This document shows, one piece after another, positions 29,942 to 39,390 of a stretch of 64,000 nt of DNA. The notes under the pieces were generated by a model that saw only the letters and a list, made by a program, of their open reading frames with translations, was not told the DNA's origin and made no database searches. The position numbers and the translations under genes are program-made. Source of the stretch: Clostridia bacterium (GTDB lineage: Bacteria; Acidobacteriota; Terriglobia; Terriglobales; Acidobacteriaceae); contig DASPLH010000062.1 of NCBI GenBank assembly GCA_035627675.1, positions 1,500 through 65,499 on the forward strand. The letters are read 5' to 3'. The stretch's first letter is position 1. Every line of letters begins with the position of its first letter.

Positions 29942-30504
29942 TACGCTGCTTCCCTCATATAAGTATCGACGCTGATCTCGACCCGGACATCGTTCGCGGC
30001 AACGCCGGGACCGGTGCCCGCGCCGGCGAAGTTTACCTGGCTGAGGACGAACAGCGTCTTCTCGCGCTCGAGCGCGTTGATGAACCGGACGCACGAGGCA
30101 TAGTCACCCGTCATCGAGACTCTCACCTCAACGTGCTGCAATCCGGGGATCTGGTTCTTCTGGTTCTTGGAGTCGTAGCGAATCGCCGAGAGTCTTACCC
30201 CGTGAGCCTTGCTCAGCTTGCCGAGCACGTCGGCCACTTCGGAATATCGCGCGGGCAGGCGATCGCGATAGAACTCGCCCACCTGCATGCGTGCCGTCTC
30301 GAGCTTCTTGTCCATGTCTCGCGCCGGCAGCGACTCGCGTCGAGTCTCGATCATTTCGCTGCGCAGACGGTCGTACTCCTGCTGCCGCTCCGCCCGCGAG
30401 CGCCCGATCGGCGAGAGCAGCACACCCACGGCAGCCACGTCTGCCAGCAGGCAGAGCGTAACGATCGCCAGCATGATTCGGCGGACTCCACGCACGCTTC
30501 CCAT
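29941..30504 (-). CDS. pilO: Type IV pilus assembly protein PilO-like
   Basis: Single TM, a coiled coil, and a ferredoxin-like C-terminus (VEVRVSMTGDYASCVRFINALE). Sits directly after pilN. Confidence 0.65.
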   Translation of the reverse strand: MGSVRGVRRIMLAIVTLCLLADVAAVGVLLSPIGRSRAERQQEYDRLRSEMIETRRESLPARDMDKKLETARMQVGEFYRDRLPARYSEVADVLGKLSKAHGVRLSAIRYDSKNQKNQIPGLQHVEVRVSMTGDYASCVRFINALEREKTLFVLSQVNFAGAGTGPGVAANDVRVEISVDTYMREAA

Positions 30505-31151
30505 CAGCGTTCCGCTCCTTGCCCGACGGGCTGAGCAGCCGCCGTCGTGTTGCCCGCCTCTGTTCCCGAAGCGGCCGCAGCCGTCTGAGGAACGTAGATC
30601 GCACTGATCTCGAATTGCACGTTACCCGCGGCCTGCGCCTCTTCCAGCGTCCTCTCCGAAAGCAGTTGTGCGCGACGGAAGGTGTTCGATCCCTCGAGCC
30701 GGCGGACGAGTTCGACAGCCGCGTCGCGTGCGTCCCCGACCACCATCATCCGTAGCTCGAGCTGGTTCTCCGGGTTCAACTCGGGAGCCATCGAGACGAC
30801 GCGAAGCCGAGGCGGCATCATCTCTTCCAGTTGCATGAAGACGCGAGTCCACGAGAAGGCCTTGCGCGCGATCAGTTGATTGAGGAACCGCGACCTGGCC
30901 GCCACGTCGCGGTTCTGAGGACTCTCCAGCAACGCCGCCGCGCTGGCGCGCTGGCGCTCCAGCGCTTCGATCTCGCGGCGCACGTTGGCAATCTGCCGGT
31001 TCACGTCGCGCGACTGCCGCCACGAGAAGACGCTGTACCAGCAGAGCACGATGGTGATCGCCACCACCAGGAACAGCAGCGGCATGTAGCGCGCGAGGAA
31101 GCGTCCGACATCCTGGTAGGGCCGAGTGGCGAGATTGACGTTGACTCGCAT
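30504..31151 (-). CDS. pilN: Type IV pilus assembly protein PilN-like
   Basis: MRVNVNLATRPY is the conserved PilN N-terminus. A TM helix and coiled coil follow. Confidence 0.72.
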   Translation of the reverse strand: MRVNVNLATRPYQDVGRFLARYMPLLFLVVAITIVLCWYSVFSWRQSRDVNRQIANVRREIEALERQRASAAALLESPQNRDVAARSRFLNQLIARKAFSWTRVFMQLEEMMPPRLRVVSMAPELNPENQLELRMMVVGDARDAAVELVRRLEGSNTFRRAQLLSERTLEEAQAAGNVQFEISAIYVPQTAAAASGTEAGNTTAAAQPVGQGAER

Positions 31152-32011
31152 CAGAGCAGCGCTCCGATCGCACCGGCAGCCTCGGCACGGGCTCCCGAGG
31201 GCAATGCGGCGGAGAGTTCCTCAATCCGCGCAGAAGTCTGATCCCTGAGTGCGGCCTTGAGTGTCTCCGAGCCTGAAGCCCCGGACAGCAACACGCGCTC
31301 GACGTTCATGCCGTAGGTGTCCTGGAAATACACGAGCGAGGGATACACGTCTTCGGCCACGCGCTCCGGAGCCACGTCGCCGCCGGCGTCCATGGTGCGG
31401 AAGAGCAGCAGTTGATGGCTATCCACGATTGCCACCGAAGAGGTGGCTCCGTCGAGTTTCAAGAGCATCGTCGGGCGTGAGCCATCCACCGCGCCGAGAG
31501 CGGCCAGGGTGGAGGGCAGCACCACGCCGGGACTGCATCCCGCGTCGCGGAAGACAGCCTCGTATTCGTCCAGCACCGAGCGCAGAATGACGGCTGCCGT
31601 GACTCGAACCCCGTTGGACCCTTTGGAGGAATCGTAGCTGACGATCGCCTTGTCGAGATCGAAAGGTATCGATTTCTTCACCCTGAAGCGGACCACCGGT
31701 TCGGCGTCTTCATGTTTGTCCGGCAGGCTCTCGAAGTCGAGCAGCAGGATGCGAACCGCAGCGTCTGGAATGACGGCGATGATGTCGCGACCGCGGCCCC
31801 CGATGGAATCCAGTACCTCGGAGAGAGCCTCGCGCACGGCTTCGGGGCGCGCGATGTTCTGCCCGTGAAGCGAGGGCGTGACCATTCCCGCCGCCAGCGG
31901 TCGTGTCTGCACCATGTCGAGTTCGCCTTTGACAACGCGGGCGCCTGACACGGCGCGCATGGTGATCTCGCACGCGAGCGGCGGTCGTTCTGCTCGGTTC
32001 TTGTCTGCCAT
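31151..32011 (-). CDS. pilM: PilM/GspL-like actin-fold assembly protein (short, 286 aa)
   Basis: Position upstream of pilN, and IAVIPDAAVRILLLDF...VRFRVKKSIPFDLD is typical of PilM. Shorter than canonical PilM (about 350 aa). Confidence 0.65.
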   Translation of the reverse strand: MADKNRAERPPLACEITMRAVSGARVVKGELDMVQTRPLAAGMVTPSLHGQNIARPEAVREALSEVLDSIGGRGRDIIAVIPDAAVRILLLDFESLPDKHEDAEPVVRFRVKKSIPFDLDKAIVSYDSSKGSNGVRVTAAVILRSVLDEYEAVFRDAGCSPGVVLPSTLAALGAVDGSRPTMLLKLDGATSSVAIVDSHQLLLFRTMDAGGDVAPERVAEDVYPSLVYFQDTYGMNVERVLLSGASGSETLKAALRDQTSARIEELSAALPSGARAEAAGAIGALL

Positions 32012-33648
32012 CAGCGGGTCGTCTCGATGAAGGTGACCTTGTTGATCTCTTTCAGCGTCGTAACGCCGGACCTCACTTTATCAAGCGCGGACTCGCGGAG
32101 GAAGTGCATACCTTCTTCGCGCGCCGCCTTCCTGATTTCGGAGCTCGGTTTCTTGTCCAGGATCATCTCGCGGATACGGTCGCTCAGTTCCAGCAATTCG
32201 TGAATAGCGGTCCTGCCGCGGAAACCCGTACCGGCGCACTCGATGCAGCCCGGGCCCTCGTAGAACGGGAACGAACGCCACTCCGCCACGTCCAAACCGC
32301 TGGTCTCAAGCACGTCCTCGGGGTACTGGACCTGTTTCTTGCAGAAGTCGCAGATAACGCGTACCAGCCGCTGCGCGAGGATGCAGTTCAGGGCGGAAAC
32401 GAAGTTGTACGGCTCAACGCCCATGTTGAGGAACCGGCCGATCACGTCCACGACGTTGTTGGCGTGCACCGTGGTGAACACCAGGTGACCGGTCAGCGCC
32501 GACTGGATTGCAATCTGGGCGGTTTCGGGGTCGCGGATTTCGCCGACCATGATCTTGTCGGGATCGTGGCGGAGGATCGAGCGCAGGCCGCGGGCAAACG
32601 TCAGTCCCTTCTTTTCGTTCACCGGGATCTGCGTCACGCCGCGAATCTGGTATTCGACCGGATCTTCGATCGTGATGATCTTGTCTTCGTCGGTCTTGAT
32701 CTCGTTCAGTGCGGCGTACAGAGTCGTCGTTTTGCCGCTGCCCGTGGGGCCGGTGACGAGCACCATGCCGTAGGGCTCCGCGATGTAGCGCCGGAAGCGG
32801 CGGATATCGTCGTCGCTGAACCCGACCACGTCGAGCGTGAGTTTGTGGAACTTCTCGCTCATCGACTCCTTGTCGAGCACGCGGAGCACGGCGTCTTCGC
32901 CGTTGATGCTGGGCATGACCGAGACGCGGAAGTCAATGGAGCGGCCGTTGTAGCGCACGCGGAAGCGCCCGTCCTGCGGGACTCGGCGCTCGGCGATGTC
33001 GAGCTCGCTCATGACCTTGACACGCGAAATGATGGTCGAGTGATGCTCCTTGGCGATAGGCTTCATCGCTTCCTGCAGCACGCCGTCGATGCGGTACTTG
33101 ATGACCACGGAGTCGTCGCGGGTCTCGATGTGGATGTCGCTGGCGCGCCGCTGAAGGGCGGTGAAGATCGTTGTATCCACCAGCCGGATGATGGGGCTGA
33201 TGTCGGTCTCCTGCGTCAGCCGTTCGATGGAGATCGTCTCGTCCGTCCCGGCTTCGTCTTCGCGGATCACGTCGAGCGTGAACGTCTCGCCGGCTTCTTC
33301 CAGCACGCGCTGCGACTGCTCGGTCTTCTTTAGGATGTCGGTGATTTGCGAGAGCGTGGCGACCTTCGGCACGATGCGCCGCGCGAGCATCAGGCTGATC
33401 TCGTCGATCATCATCAGCTGGCTCGGGTCGGCGATGGCGATCGCCAGGCGTCCGTCGTCGAACTCTTCCAGGGGAATGAAGTTGTTCCGGAACATCAGCT
33501 CGACGGGAACCTTCTTCATCAGTTCGTGGTGAATCTTGTAACTCCGAAGGTCAATGAACTCGCAGCGGTAGCGCTGCGCGAGTTCTCGCGCACGACCCTC
33601 TTCTTCGTTTCCACCTACCCCTGGCGGTTGTACAAAAAGTTGAGCCAT
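32011..33648 (-). CDS. pilB: Type II/IV secretion ATPase, GspE/PilB family
   Basis: Walker A GPTGSGKTT, Asp box, Walker B MVGEIRD, His box, and a tetracysteine motif (CDFC...CIEC). Confidence 0.92.
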   Translation of the reverse strand: MAQLFVQPPGVGGNEEEGRARELAQRYRCEFIDLRSYKIHHELMKKVPVELMFRNNFIPLEEFDDGRLAIAIADPSQLMMIDEISLMLARRIVPKVATLSQITDILKKTEQSQRVLEEAGETFTLDVIREDEAGTDETISIERLTQETDISPIIRLVDTTIFTALQRRASDIHIETRDDSVVIKYRIDGVLQEAMKPIAKEHHSTIISRVKVMSELDIAERRVPQDGRFRVRYNGRSIDFRVSVMPSINGEDAVLRVLDKESMSEKFHKLTLDVVGFSDDDIRRFRRYIAEPYGMVLVTGPTGSGKTTTLYAALNEIKTDEDKIITIEDPVEYQIRGVTQIPVNEKKGLTFARGLRSILRHDPDKIMVGEIRDPETAQIAIQSALTGHLVFTTVHANNVVDVIGRFLNMGVEPYNFVSALNCILAQRLVRVICDFCKKQVQYPEDVLETSGLDVAEWRSFPFYEGPGCIECAGTGFRGRTAIHELLELSDRIREMILDKKPSSEIRKAAREEGMHFLRESALDKVRSGVTTLKEINKVTFIETTR

Positions 33649-33666
33649 CGAATCCCCGGAGGGCGG

Positions 33667-34878
33667 CTAGCGGATGCCGCCCGCGCCGATGCTGAACACC
33701 GGCAGGTAAAGAGAAATCAATATGAAGCCGACCACCACGCCCATGACGACGAGGATCGCTGGTTCAATCAGCGACATAGCGGCCGTCAATGCGTTCTGCA
33801 CGTCTTCTTCGTAGAACTCCGCCACCGACGTCAGCATCGCGGGCAGAGCGCCGGTTGATTCACCCACCTCGATCATTTCGACCGAGAGGTCGGGAAATAT
33901 CTTCGTATCCTCGAGGCCGCCGGAAAGCGTGCCGCCTTCGCGAACGCGCTGCGTGGCCGACGAGATGCCCTTTCGCATCAACTGGCTCTGCATCGAGTCC
34001 TGCGCCGTCTCGAGCGAAGGCACCAGCGGCAAGCCGCCGGCCAGCAACGTCGAGAGCATGCGGCAGAACATCGACACCTGGTAACGCAACCAGATCGGCC
34101 CCACGACAGGAAGTTGCAGTTTGATCCGGTCGACCGTCTGCCCCCCGGCGGGCGTGCGCGACCACCTCCAGGCGATGATTCCGCCGGCGACACCCAGGAC
34201 CAGGAGCAGCGGAAGCGCCGTGTTGATCCGGGAGGCCATCGAGATCGTGAACTGCGTCAGCGCCGGCAGCGGCGCACCGAGTTCCTTGTACAGGTCTTCG
34301 AACTTCGGCACCACGTACACGACCAGTGCGGTGATCAGGACGATGACGCCCGCCACGAGCACCGCCGGGTAAATCAGCGAAGAGATCAGTTTCTTTCGGA
34401 AGCTCAGCGTCAGGCGCTGGAAGCTGACGAAACGGCCGACGACCTCTTCGAGGTTTCCGCTCTTTTCACCCGCGAGCAGCGTGGTGGAGTAAATCTTCGG
34501 GAACACGCCCTGAGCTTCGAAGGCCTCGGAAAGCAGCTCTCCGCCCTTGACCCGGTCGCGTACGTTCTCGAGCAACTGCCGGAAGAACGGGTTCCGCTGG
34601 CGCCTGGAGAGCAGATCGAGCGCCTGCACGATCGGCAACCCGGCGCGGATCAGGGTGATGAACTGCTGGTTGAAGATGACGAACTGTTCCAGCTTCACTC
34701 GCCGGCGGCGAGGGAGGTTCACTTGTCCGCCCGAGAGCAGCCCTCGTGGCTTCACCCAATAAACGAGGTACCCCTGCTGTGCAAAACGGTCGCGCACCTC
34801 AGAGGCTGAGTAGCCGTTCTGGGTCTGCTGGACCACGTTCCCGCGGTCATCAGCCATCTTGATGACGAATTCGGCCAC
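33667..34878 (-). CDS. pilC: Type II secretion system F-family platform protein, PilC/GspF
   Basis: 403 aa with two T2SSF repeats and three TM segments. Ends in LYLPVFSIG. Confidence 0.92.
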   Translation of the reverse strand: MAEFVIKMADDRGNVVQQTQNGYSASEVRDRFAQQGYLVYWVKPRGLLSGGQVNLPRRRRVKLEQFVIFNQQFITLIRAGLPIVQALDLLSRRQRNPFFRQLLENVRDRVKGGELLSEAFEAQGVFPKIYSTTLLAGEKSGNLEEVVGRFVSFQRLTLSFRKKLISSLIYPAVLVAGVIVLITALVVYVVPKFEDLYKELGAPLPALTQFTISMASRINTALPLLLVLGVAGGIIAWRWSRTPAGGQTVDRIKLQLPVVGPIWLRYQVSMFCRMLSTLLAGGLPLVPSLETAQDSMQSQLMRKGISSATQRVREGGTLSGGLEDTKIFPDLSVEMIEVGESTGALPAMLTSVAEFYEEDVQNALTAAMSLIEPAILVVMGVVVGFILISLYLPVFSIGAGGIR

Positions 34879-34943
34879 GCCGCCTCCGACCAGTACATCA
34901 AGTCTAACAGACTGAAAAGAGAAGGGATTGTAGCTGAAGAACG

Positions 34944-35621
34944 CTACGGTTCCAACTCCGTGGCCTCCATCAGTTCGACTCCCGGCGGCGGAGCGAACTT
35001 GAACCTGGCGTCAGCAACAGCCGGGTTGTCCTTCTGCTGGTTCAGGCGAAACTCCGTCTGGGAGCCATCGAGCTCCTCAAGGTAGATCCGCGCAATGCGG
35101 TTCTCCGGAGTGATCTCCAGCAGAACGTAGCTCACCCGCTCCTCCATGCCCCTGGGCACGCCCCTGAGGACGACGTTGCCGCCCGGCAGGGTCTCGGTCA
35201 CGGTCAGCCCGTTGAACTCCCGTTCCAGCTTGGTCTTGCCGAGCAGGTAGCGAAGAGGGGAGCGCAGATCGTCGAGTTGTTTCACCTTGGCGCGACGGGC
35301 CTGTTTGTCTCCAGGGACGTAGAACCACGCCGTCTTTCCATCCGTCACAAACACTTTGTGCCGCGGCGAAGAATACTCCCAACGCATCTTTCCCGGTTTC
35401 TTCATCCACATCGTGCCGGACTCGGTGCGCTGCATGCCCGCTCCGCGATAGGTCTCGACGAAGTCGGCCTGCAACGATTGGAGCGAGTTATAACGCTTGT
35501 CAACCGCCTCCGCGAGCTTATGCAGGTCCACTGTTTGGGCCGAACCCGCGGTGGAAAGCGCCACAACGGCGACCAGGAAGGCAAGTCGCTTCGACAACAG
35601 CCGTACATCGACGTGAATCAT
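34944..35621 (-). CDS. LolA-like outer-membrane lipoprotein carrier protein
   Basis: Signal peptide. LQADFVETY...SGTMWMKKPGKMRWEY...KVFVTDGKTAWFYVP is typical of the LolA fold. Confidence 0.7.
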   Translation of the reverse strand: MIHVDVRLLSKRLAFLVAVVALSTAGSAQTVDLHKLAEAVDKRYNSLQSLQADFVETYRGAGMQRTESGTMWMKKPGKMRWEYSSPRHKVFVTDGKTAWFYVPGDKQARRAKVKQLDDLRSPLRYLLGKTKLEREFNGLTVTETLPGGNVVLRGVPRGMEERVSYVLLEITPENRIARIYLEELDGSQTEFRLNQQKDNPAVADARFKFAPPPGVELMEATELEP

Positions 35622-35738
35622 CGTGATAGGAACCCGAATCGGAGTGAAATGTTGGGCCGCCTTGAGAACTGCGGCCCGTTATGGGTTAGACGCCTACGAG
35701 AGCCGGCCGTTGTTGCGGGCGGTTGCCGCGAGACAGCG

Positions 35739-36698
35739 CTAGCTCGGTTTTTTCTTCAAGTACAGGGTCGGCTCCTGTCCCGGAGGAAGGCCCTTGGTGA
35801 TAAACGGAAGGTCATCGGGATTAGCGACCTCGACGCGTCCCTCACGCAACACATAAGGATTATTGAGCGGATCGACCGGGATTCCCCGCATATATCCGGC
35901 AGCAATGAGCGCTCTCCAGTTCGGCGGAGTCGTGCCCGTGCGCTGGCGATAGGCGTCCACGACATTCTGCAAGGCCATAACTTCGTCGTCCACGCGCAAG
36001 GCCTCAAGGCGCCGGATGGCGTTCTGCTGGATGCTCTTGTCGTCCGTGCTGTTGAGGATGTTCGTCCAGAGATATCGCGCCGTCTCGGCTTCTCCGGCGT
36101 TTTGCGCGAGGGCAGCGGCCATGGTGCGCATCCACGGCAGGGCGCCAGGGACTTGCGAGCCTTTCAGGAAGGCCTCGCTGGCCCTCTTCGGATCCTTCAT
36201 CTCCTGAAAGTAGATAAATCCCAGGTGGTAGTAAAGCCGCCACGCCGTCGGGTTGTTTCGAATGCCGCGTTCCACCAGGCGAACGGCGGCCTCGGGATCG
36301 CCGGCGCCCTGCGGAGGCTGCTGGGCCAGGAAGATCGATCCGAACTCGTAGGCCACCAGGAGCTGCGGATCGAGCGTGGTGGTGATGTCCAGCAGAGGCT
36401 CGAGCAGTTGGTACTGCTTGCTCCTGGCGTGGTGCTTGCCGCCGAAGTACTGAACCGCGCGGGTCCAGTAGAGGTCGGCCATCAGTCCGGTGTAGCCGAG
36501 GCTCAGCCGCTTCACGGCCTTGGCAGAGGGGAGGTAAAGAACCTCCTGCAGCGTGGCCTCTCCGCGAATGCGGTCCACGCGCCTCAATACAAGGACACTT
36601 GCCGCCAGCAGCGCGACAACGAGCAGCGACGCGACTACGGGGACCCTATTTCGCGGCCCGTGCGTCTTCAGCGTTGCGGGTTGAGGTGCGGCGTTCAT
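35739..36698 (-). CDS. Membrane-anchored TPR-like protein
   Basis: N-terminal TM (VPVVASLLVVALLAASVLVL). The rest is helical-repeat sequence rich in A/L/Y/W. Begins 4 nt after the ABC permease stop. Confidence 0.5.
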   Translation of the reverse strand: MNAAPQPATLKTHGPRNRVPVVASLLVVALLAASVLVLRRVDRIRGEATLQEVLYLPSAKAVKRLSLGYTGLMADLYWTRAVQYFGGKHHARSKQYQLLEPLLDITTTLDPQLLVAYEFGSIFLAQQPPQGAGDPEAAVRLVERGIRNNPTAWRLYYHLGFIYFQEMKDPKRASEAFLKGSQVPGALPWMRTMAAALAQNAGEAETARYLWTNILNSTDDKSIQQNAIRRLEALRVDDEVMALQNVVDAYRQRTGTTPPNWRALIAAGYMRGIPVDPLNNPYVLREGRVEVANPDDLPFITKGLPPGQEPTLYLKKKPS

Positions 36699-36701
36699 GG
36701 G

Positions 36702-37481
36702 CTACTTGAGATTGCGGCGCTCGAAAATCAGCACGGCAGCGCTGGTGACTGCGGCCGCGTAAACCAGCACGTACACGGTGTTCCAGAACACCAGTTGCCC
36801 CGGGACCGGCACAGAATGCGCTACCTGCGAGATGACATTCAGGGCGGCGAAGTTCGGCACCAGGTAGGCGAGGCCGGTCGCGATGTACTTGCCGATTCCG
36901 CCGGCCATCACGGCGAAGGCCCTGAGGTCCTCGGCGAAGGTCCCGATCACAAACAGCGCGAAGGCGAATACGGCCGACATCAACGGTGTCGTGAACGTGC
37001 TGAAGAACAGCGCCAGCGCGGTGATCAGCACGAATTGCAGCACGATCAGGTACAAGGCGGACAGCAGGTGCAGGTCGGCCGCCTGGAAGCGGTGCGTCAT
37101 GTAGAGCAGCGCCGCGAAAAACCCGATCGCCATCAGCCCGGCATTTACGGCCAGAGTGCCGATCAGCCCGAGCAGCTTGCCAACGATGAACTCCCACCGG
37201 CGCACGGGACGTGCCGCCAGGACCGTGTAGAGCGTGCGCTTCTCGATTTCTTTCGAGACTAGCTGGATGCCGATGAAGATGGCGATGACGATGCCGAACA
37301 ACGAGATCGCCGTCAGGCCGAGGTTGATCAGGACTAGGCGCTCGACGCCAATGGATATCTGCCCGACGAGCAGCGATGAGCCGACAATCAGGATGGCGAA
37401 GATGACGAGGTTGTACAGGACGCGGTCGCGTACGGCTTCGCGGAACGTGTTGAACGCAATGGCTCCGATGCGGTGCATCAT
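36702..37481 (-). CDS. ABC-2 type transporter permease
   Basis: 259 aa with six hydrophobic segments. Overlaps the upstream ATPase gene by 4 nt. Confidence 0.75.
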   Translation of the reverse strand: MMHRIGAIAFNTFREAVRDRVLYNLVIFAILIVGSSLLVGQISIGVERLVLINLGLTAISLFGIVIAIFIGIQLVSKEIEKRTLYTVLAARPVRRWEFIVGKLLGLIGTLAVNAGLMAIGFFAALLYMTHRFQAADLHLLSALYLIVLQFVLITALALFFSTFTTPLMSAVFAFALFVIGTFAEDLRAFAVMAGGIGKYIATGLAYLVPNFAALNVISQVAHSVPVPGQLVFWNTVYVLVYAAAVTSAAVLIFERRNLK

Positions 37482-38413
37482 CGCGCCACCTCCGACGCCG
37501 AGTGCGCCTCGAGCTTCTGAAGAAAGTAGTCTTCGAGACTGGCCTGCACCGGCGTCACCGAGATCAGGCGCGCGCCCGACGTCCGTATGAGATCGAGCGA
37601 GCGGTCCAACTCCCTGTCGGCAACGACCACCCGCGCAATATTGCCGCTCACGTGCGCATTGTCCGCGAGCGAGTGCAGCGCAGCGGTGCCTTCGTAGGTG
37701 ATTTCAACCTGGCCGCTGACCTGGCGAGCGAGATCCGCCACCACTCCCACGCCCCTCAATTCACCCTTGTTCAGCACGGCGACGCGGTGGCAGAGGGTTT
37801 CGGCGTCGGAGAGGATGTGGGTGGAGAAGAAGATCGTCTTGCCTTCGGCGTTCAGCTCCTGGATGAGATCGCGCACCTCGCGGCGTCCGATGGGATCGAG
37901 TCCCGACATCGGTTCGTCGAGAAACAGCAGCCGCGGGTCGTGAACGATCGCCTGCGCTATTCCGACGCGCTGGAGCATGCCCTTGGAAAACTTGCGAAGC
38001 TGGACGTTCACCGCGTCGGCGAGACCCACACGCGACAGGACCGAATCGATGCGGCGGCCGCGGTCCCTGGCAGGCACGCCCGACAGCGCCGCGTAATAGC
38101 CGAGAAGTTCCTTCGGCGTCAGGTAGTCGTAGAAGTACGGCTGTTCGGGAAGGAAGCCGATCTGCGACTTCATCCATGGGTCGTCGAGCGGCCTGCCGAG
38201 GATGCGGGCCGAGCCCGCGGAAGGGAAGACGAGTCCCATCAGCAGACGAAGGGTTGTCGTTTTCCCGGCGCCGTTGGGACCCAGATAGCCGAAGACTTCG
38301 CCTTGTTCGACGGTCAGGGTCAACGGCTTCAGTGCGTGCTTGAGGCGATTGTGCCAGAAGCCGACTCGGTAGTGCTTCTCCAGGCTGAAGGTTTCGATCG
38401 CGCCCATGGCCAA
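37478..38413 (-). CDS. ABC transporter ATP-binding protein
   Basis: Walker A GPNGAGKTT, signature FSKGMLQR, Walker B LLFLDEP. Confidence 0.92.
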   Translation of the reverse strand: MAMGAIETFSLEKHYRVGFWHNRLKHALKPLTLTVEQGEVFGYLGPNGAGKTTTLRLLMGLVFPSAGSARILGRPLDDPWMKSQIGFLPEQPYFYDYLTPKELLGYYAALSGVPARDRGRRIDSVLSRVGLADAVNVQLRKFSKGMLQRVGIAQAIVHDPRLLFLDEPMSGLDPIGRREVRDLIQELNAEGKTIFFSTHILSDAETLCHRVAVLNKGELRGVGVVADLARQVSGQVEITYEGTAALHSLADNAHVSGNIARVVVADRELDRSLDLIRTSGARLISVTPVQASLEDYFLQKLEAHSASEVAR

Positions 38414-38489
38414 GTTCGTTCGTGGTGTGCCAGACGATTATAGGTTACGTAGTGTGCGGGGCGGAGTTGCAGCCGAGGTGCGCGCCACA

Positions 38490-38520
38490 AAAGCAAAAGG
38501 AGCGAGCTTTCGCTCGCTCC
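38490..38520 (-). terminator. Intrinsic terminator/attenuator after pilA
   Basis: GGAGCGAGC (38499-507) pairs with GCTCGCTCC (38512-20) around a TTTC loop. The minus-strand tail is TTTTGCTTTTG. Confidence 0.55.
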
Positions 38521-38560
38521 CTGGCTTGTACCCTCCCCCAGGTACTTGCCAAATCGATGT

Positions 38561-39058
38561 TTACTGCAGAGCCGGATCGGCGATGGTCGGAACCGCCGTA
38601 CCGGTCGTGTTGTAGCGGATTACGCCGCTCGTATCGCTGAAGAAGCCACGCTGTCCGGTCTGACCCGGGGTGACCGGAATGCCATCGGCCGTGTAGGTCT
38701 GCGCCGGTACTTCGGCGGAACCGGTGGTGTTGAACTTGTAGCCGCTCTTGATGCAGTTGGTGCCGGCAGCGCAGCCGAGCACGGAGTCAAGAAGGCAAGC
38801 GCTCGCCGAGGTGGCAGCCGCGCAACCGGCCGCGGGGGTTCCGAGTTCCTTCAGGCTGGCAGCAAAGCCGACCGTCGGATACGTGGAAGCATAGGAAACC
38901 TGCGCGGTGTTGATGCTGCGGACCGAGCCCACAGCCGACGATTCGTTCGCGGCGATACGCGAACGCAGCAAGTTCGGGATAGCAATAGCCGCGATGATCA
39001 GGATGATCGCAACGACGATCAACAGTTCGATCAGCGAGAAACCTTTCTGTTTACGCAT
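38561..39058 (-). CDS. pilA: Type IV major pilin (PilA-like)
   Basis: ATG at 39058 with GGAGAGAGA upstream. MRKQKG/FSLIELLIVVAIILIIAAIAIPNLL is a canonical class III signal with Glu at +5. The C-terminal half has four Cys. Confidence 0.85.
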   Translation of the reverse strand: MRKQKGFSLIELLIVVAIILIIAAIAIPNLLRSRIAANESSAVGSVRSINTAQVSYASTYPTVGFAASLKELGTPAAGCAAATSASACLLDSVLGCAAGTNCIKSGYKFNTTGSAEVPAQTYTADGIPVTPGQTGQRGFFSDTSGVIRYNTTGTAVPTIADPALQ

Positions 39059-39390
39059 TGTTCTTCTCTCTCCGTGCAGTCTGGATGGCGTCCAGTACGG
39101 CACTGCTAACGGCACGTTCAATGCCCAACTCCCCAGAATGATTACTAAGGTAACACTCTGGCACGAGAATACCACGTATGTGTTTGGAAAGTAGATGGCT
39201 TCGGCTGGTTACCTCGCGGAGCATTGACCAGATTGAACCTTGTCCAGCTGTGGTAAATGGCAAAAAAGGTCAATGTATCCGGCCGAAAAATGTCAGTTTT
39301 CGCCCCTCGTGTATTCCTCGCATGACCCAAAGGCCAGCAAGGTAACTTCCCGGTGTGTTCCCTCGTGTCCCTGCGGTGACCTCCCCTGGG

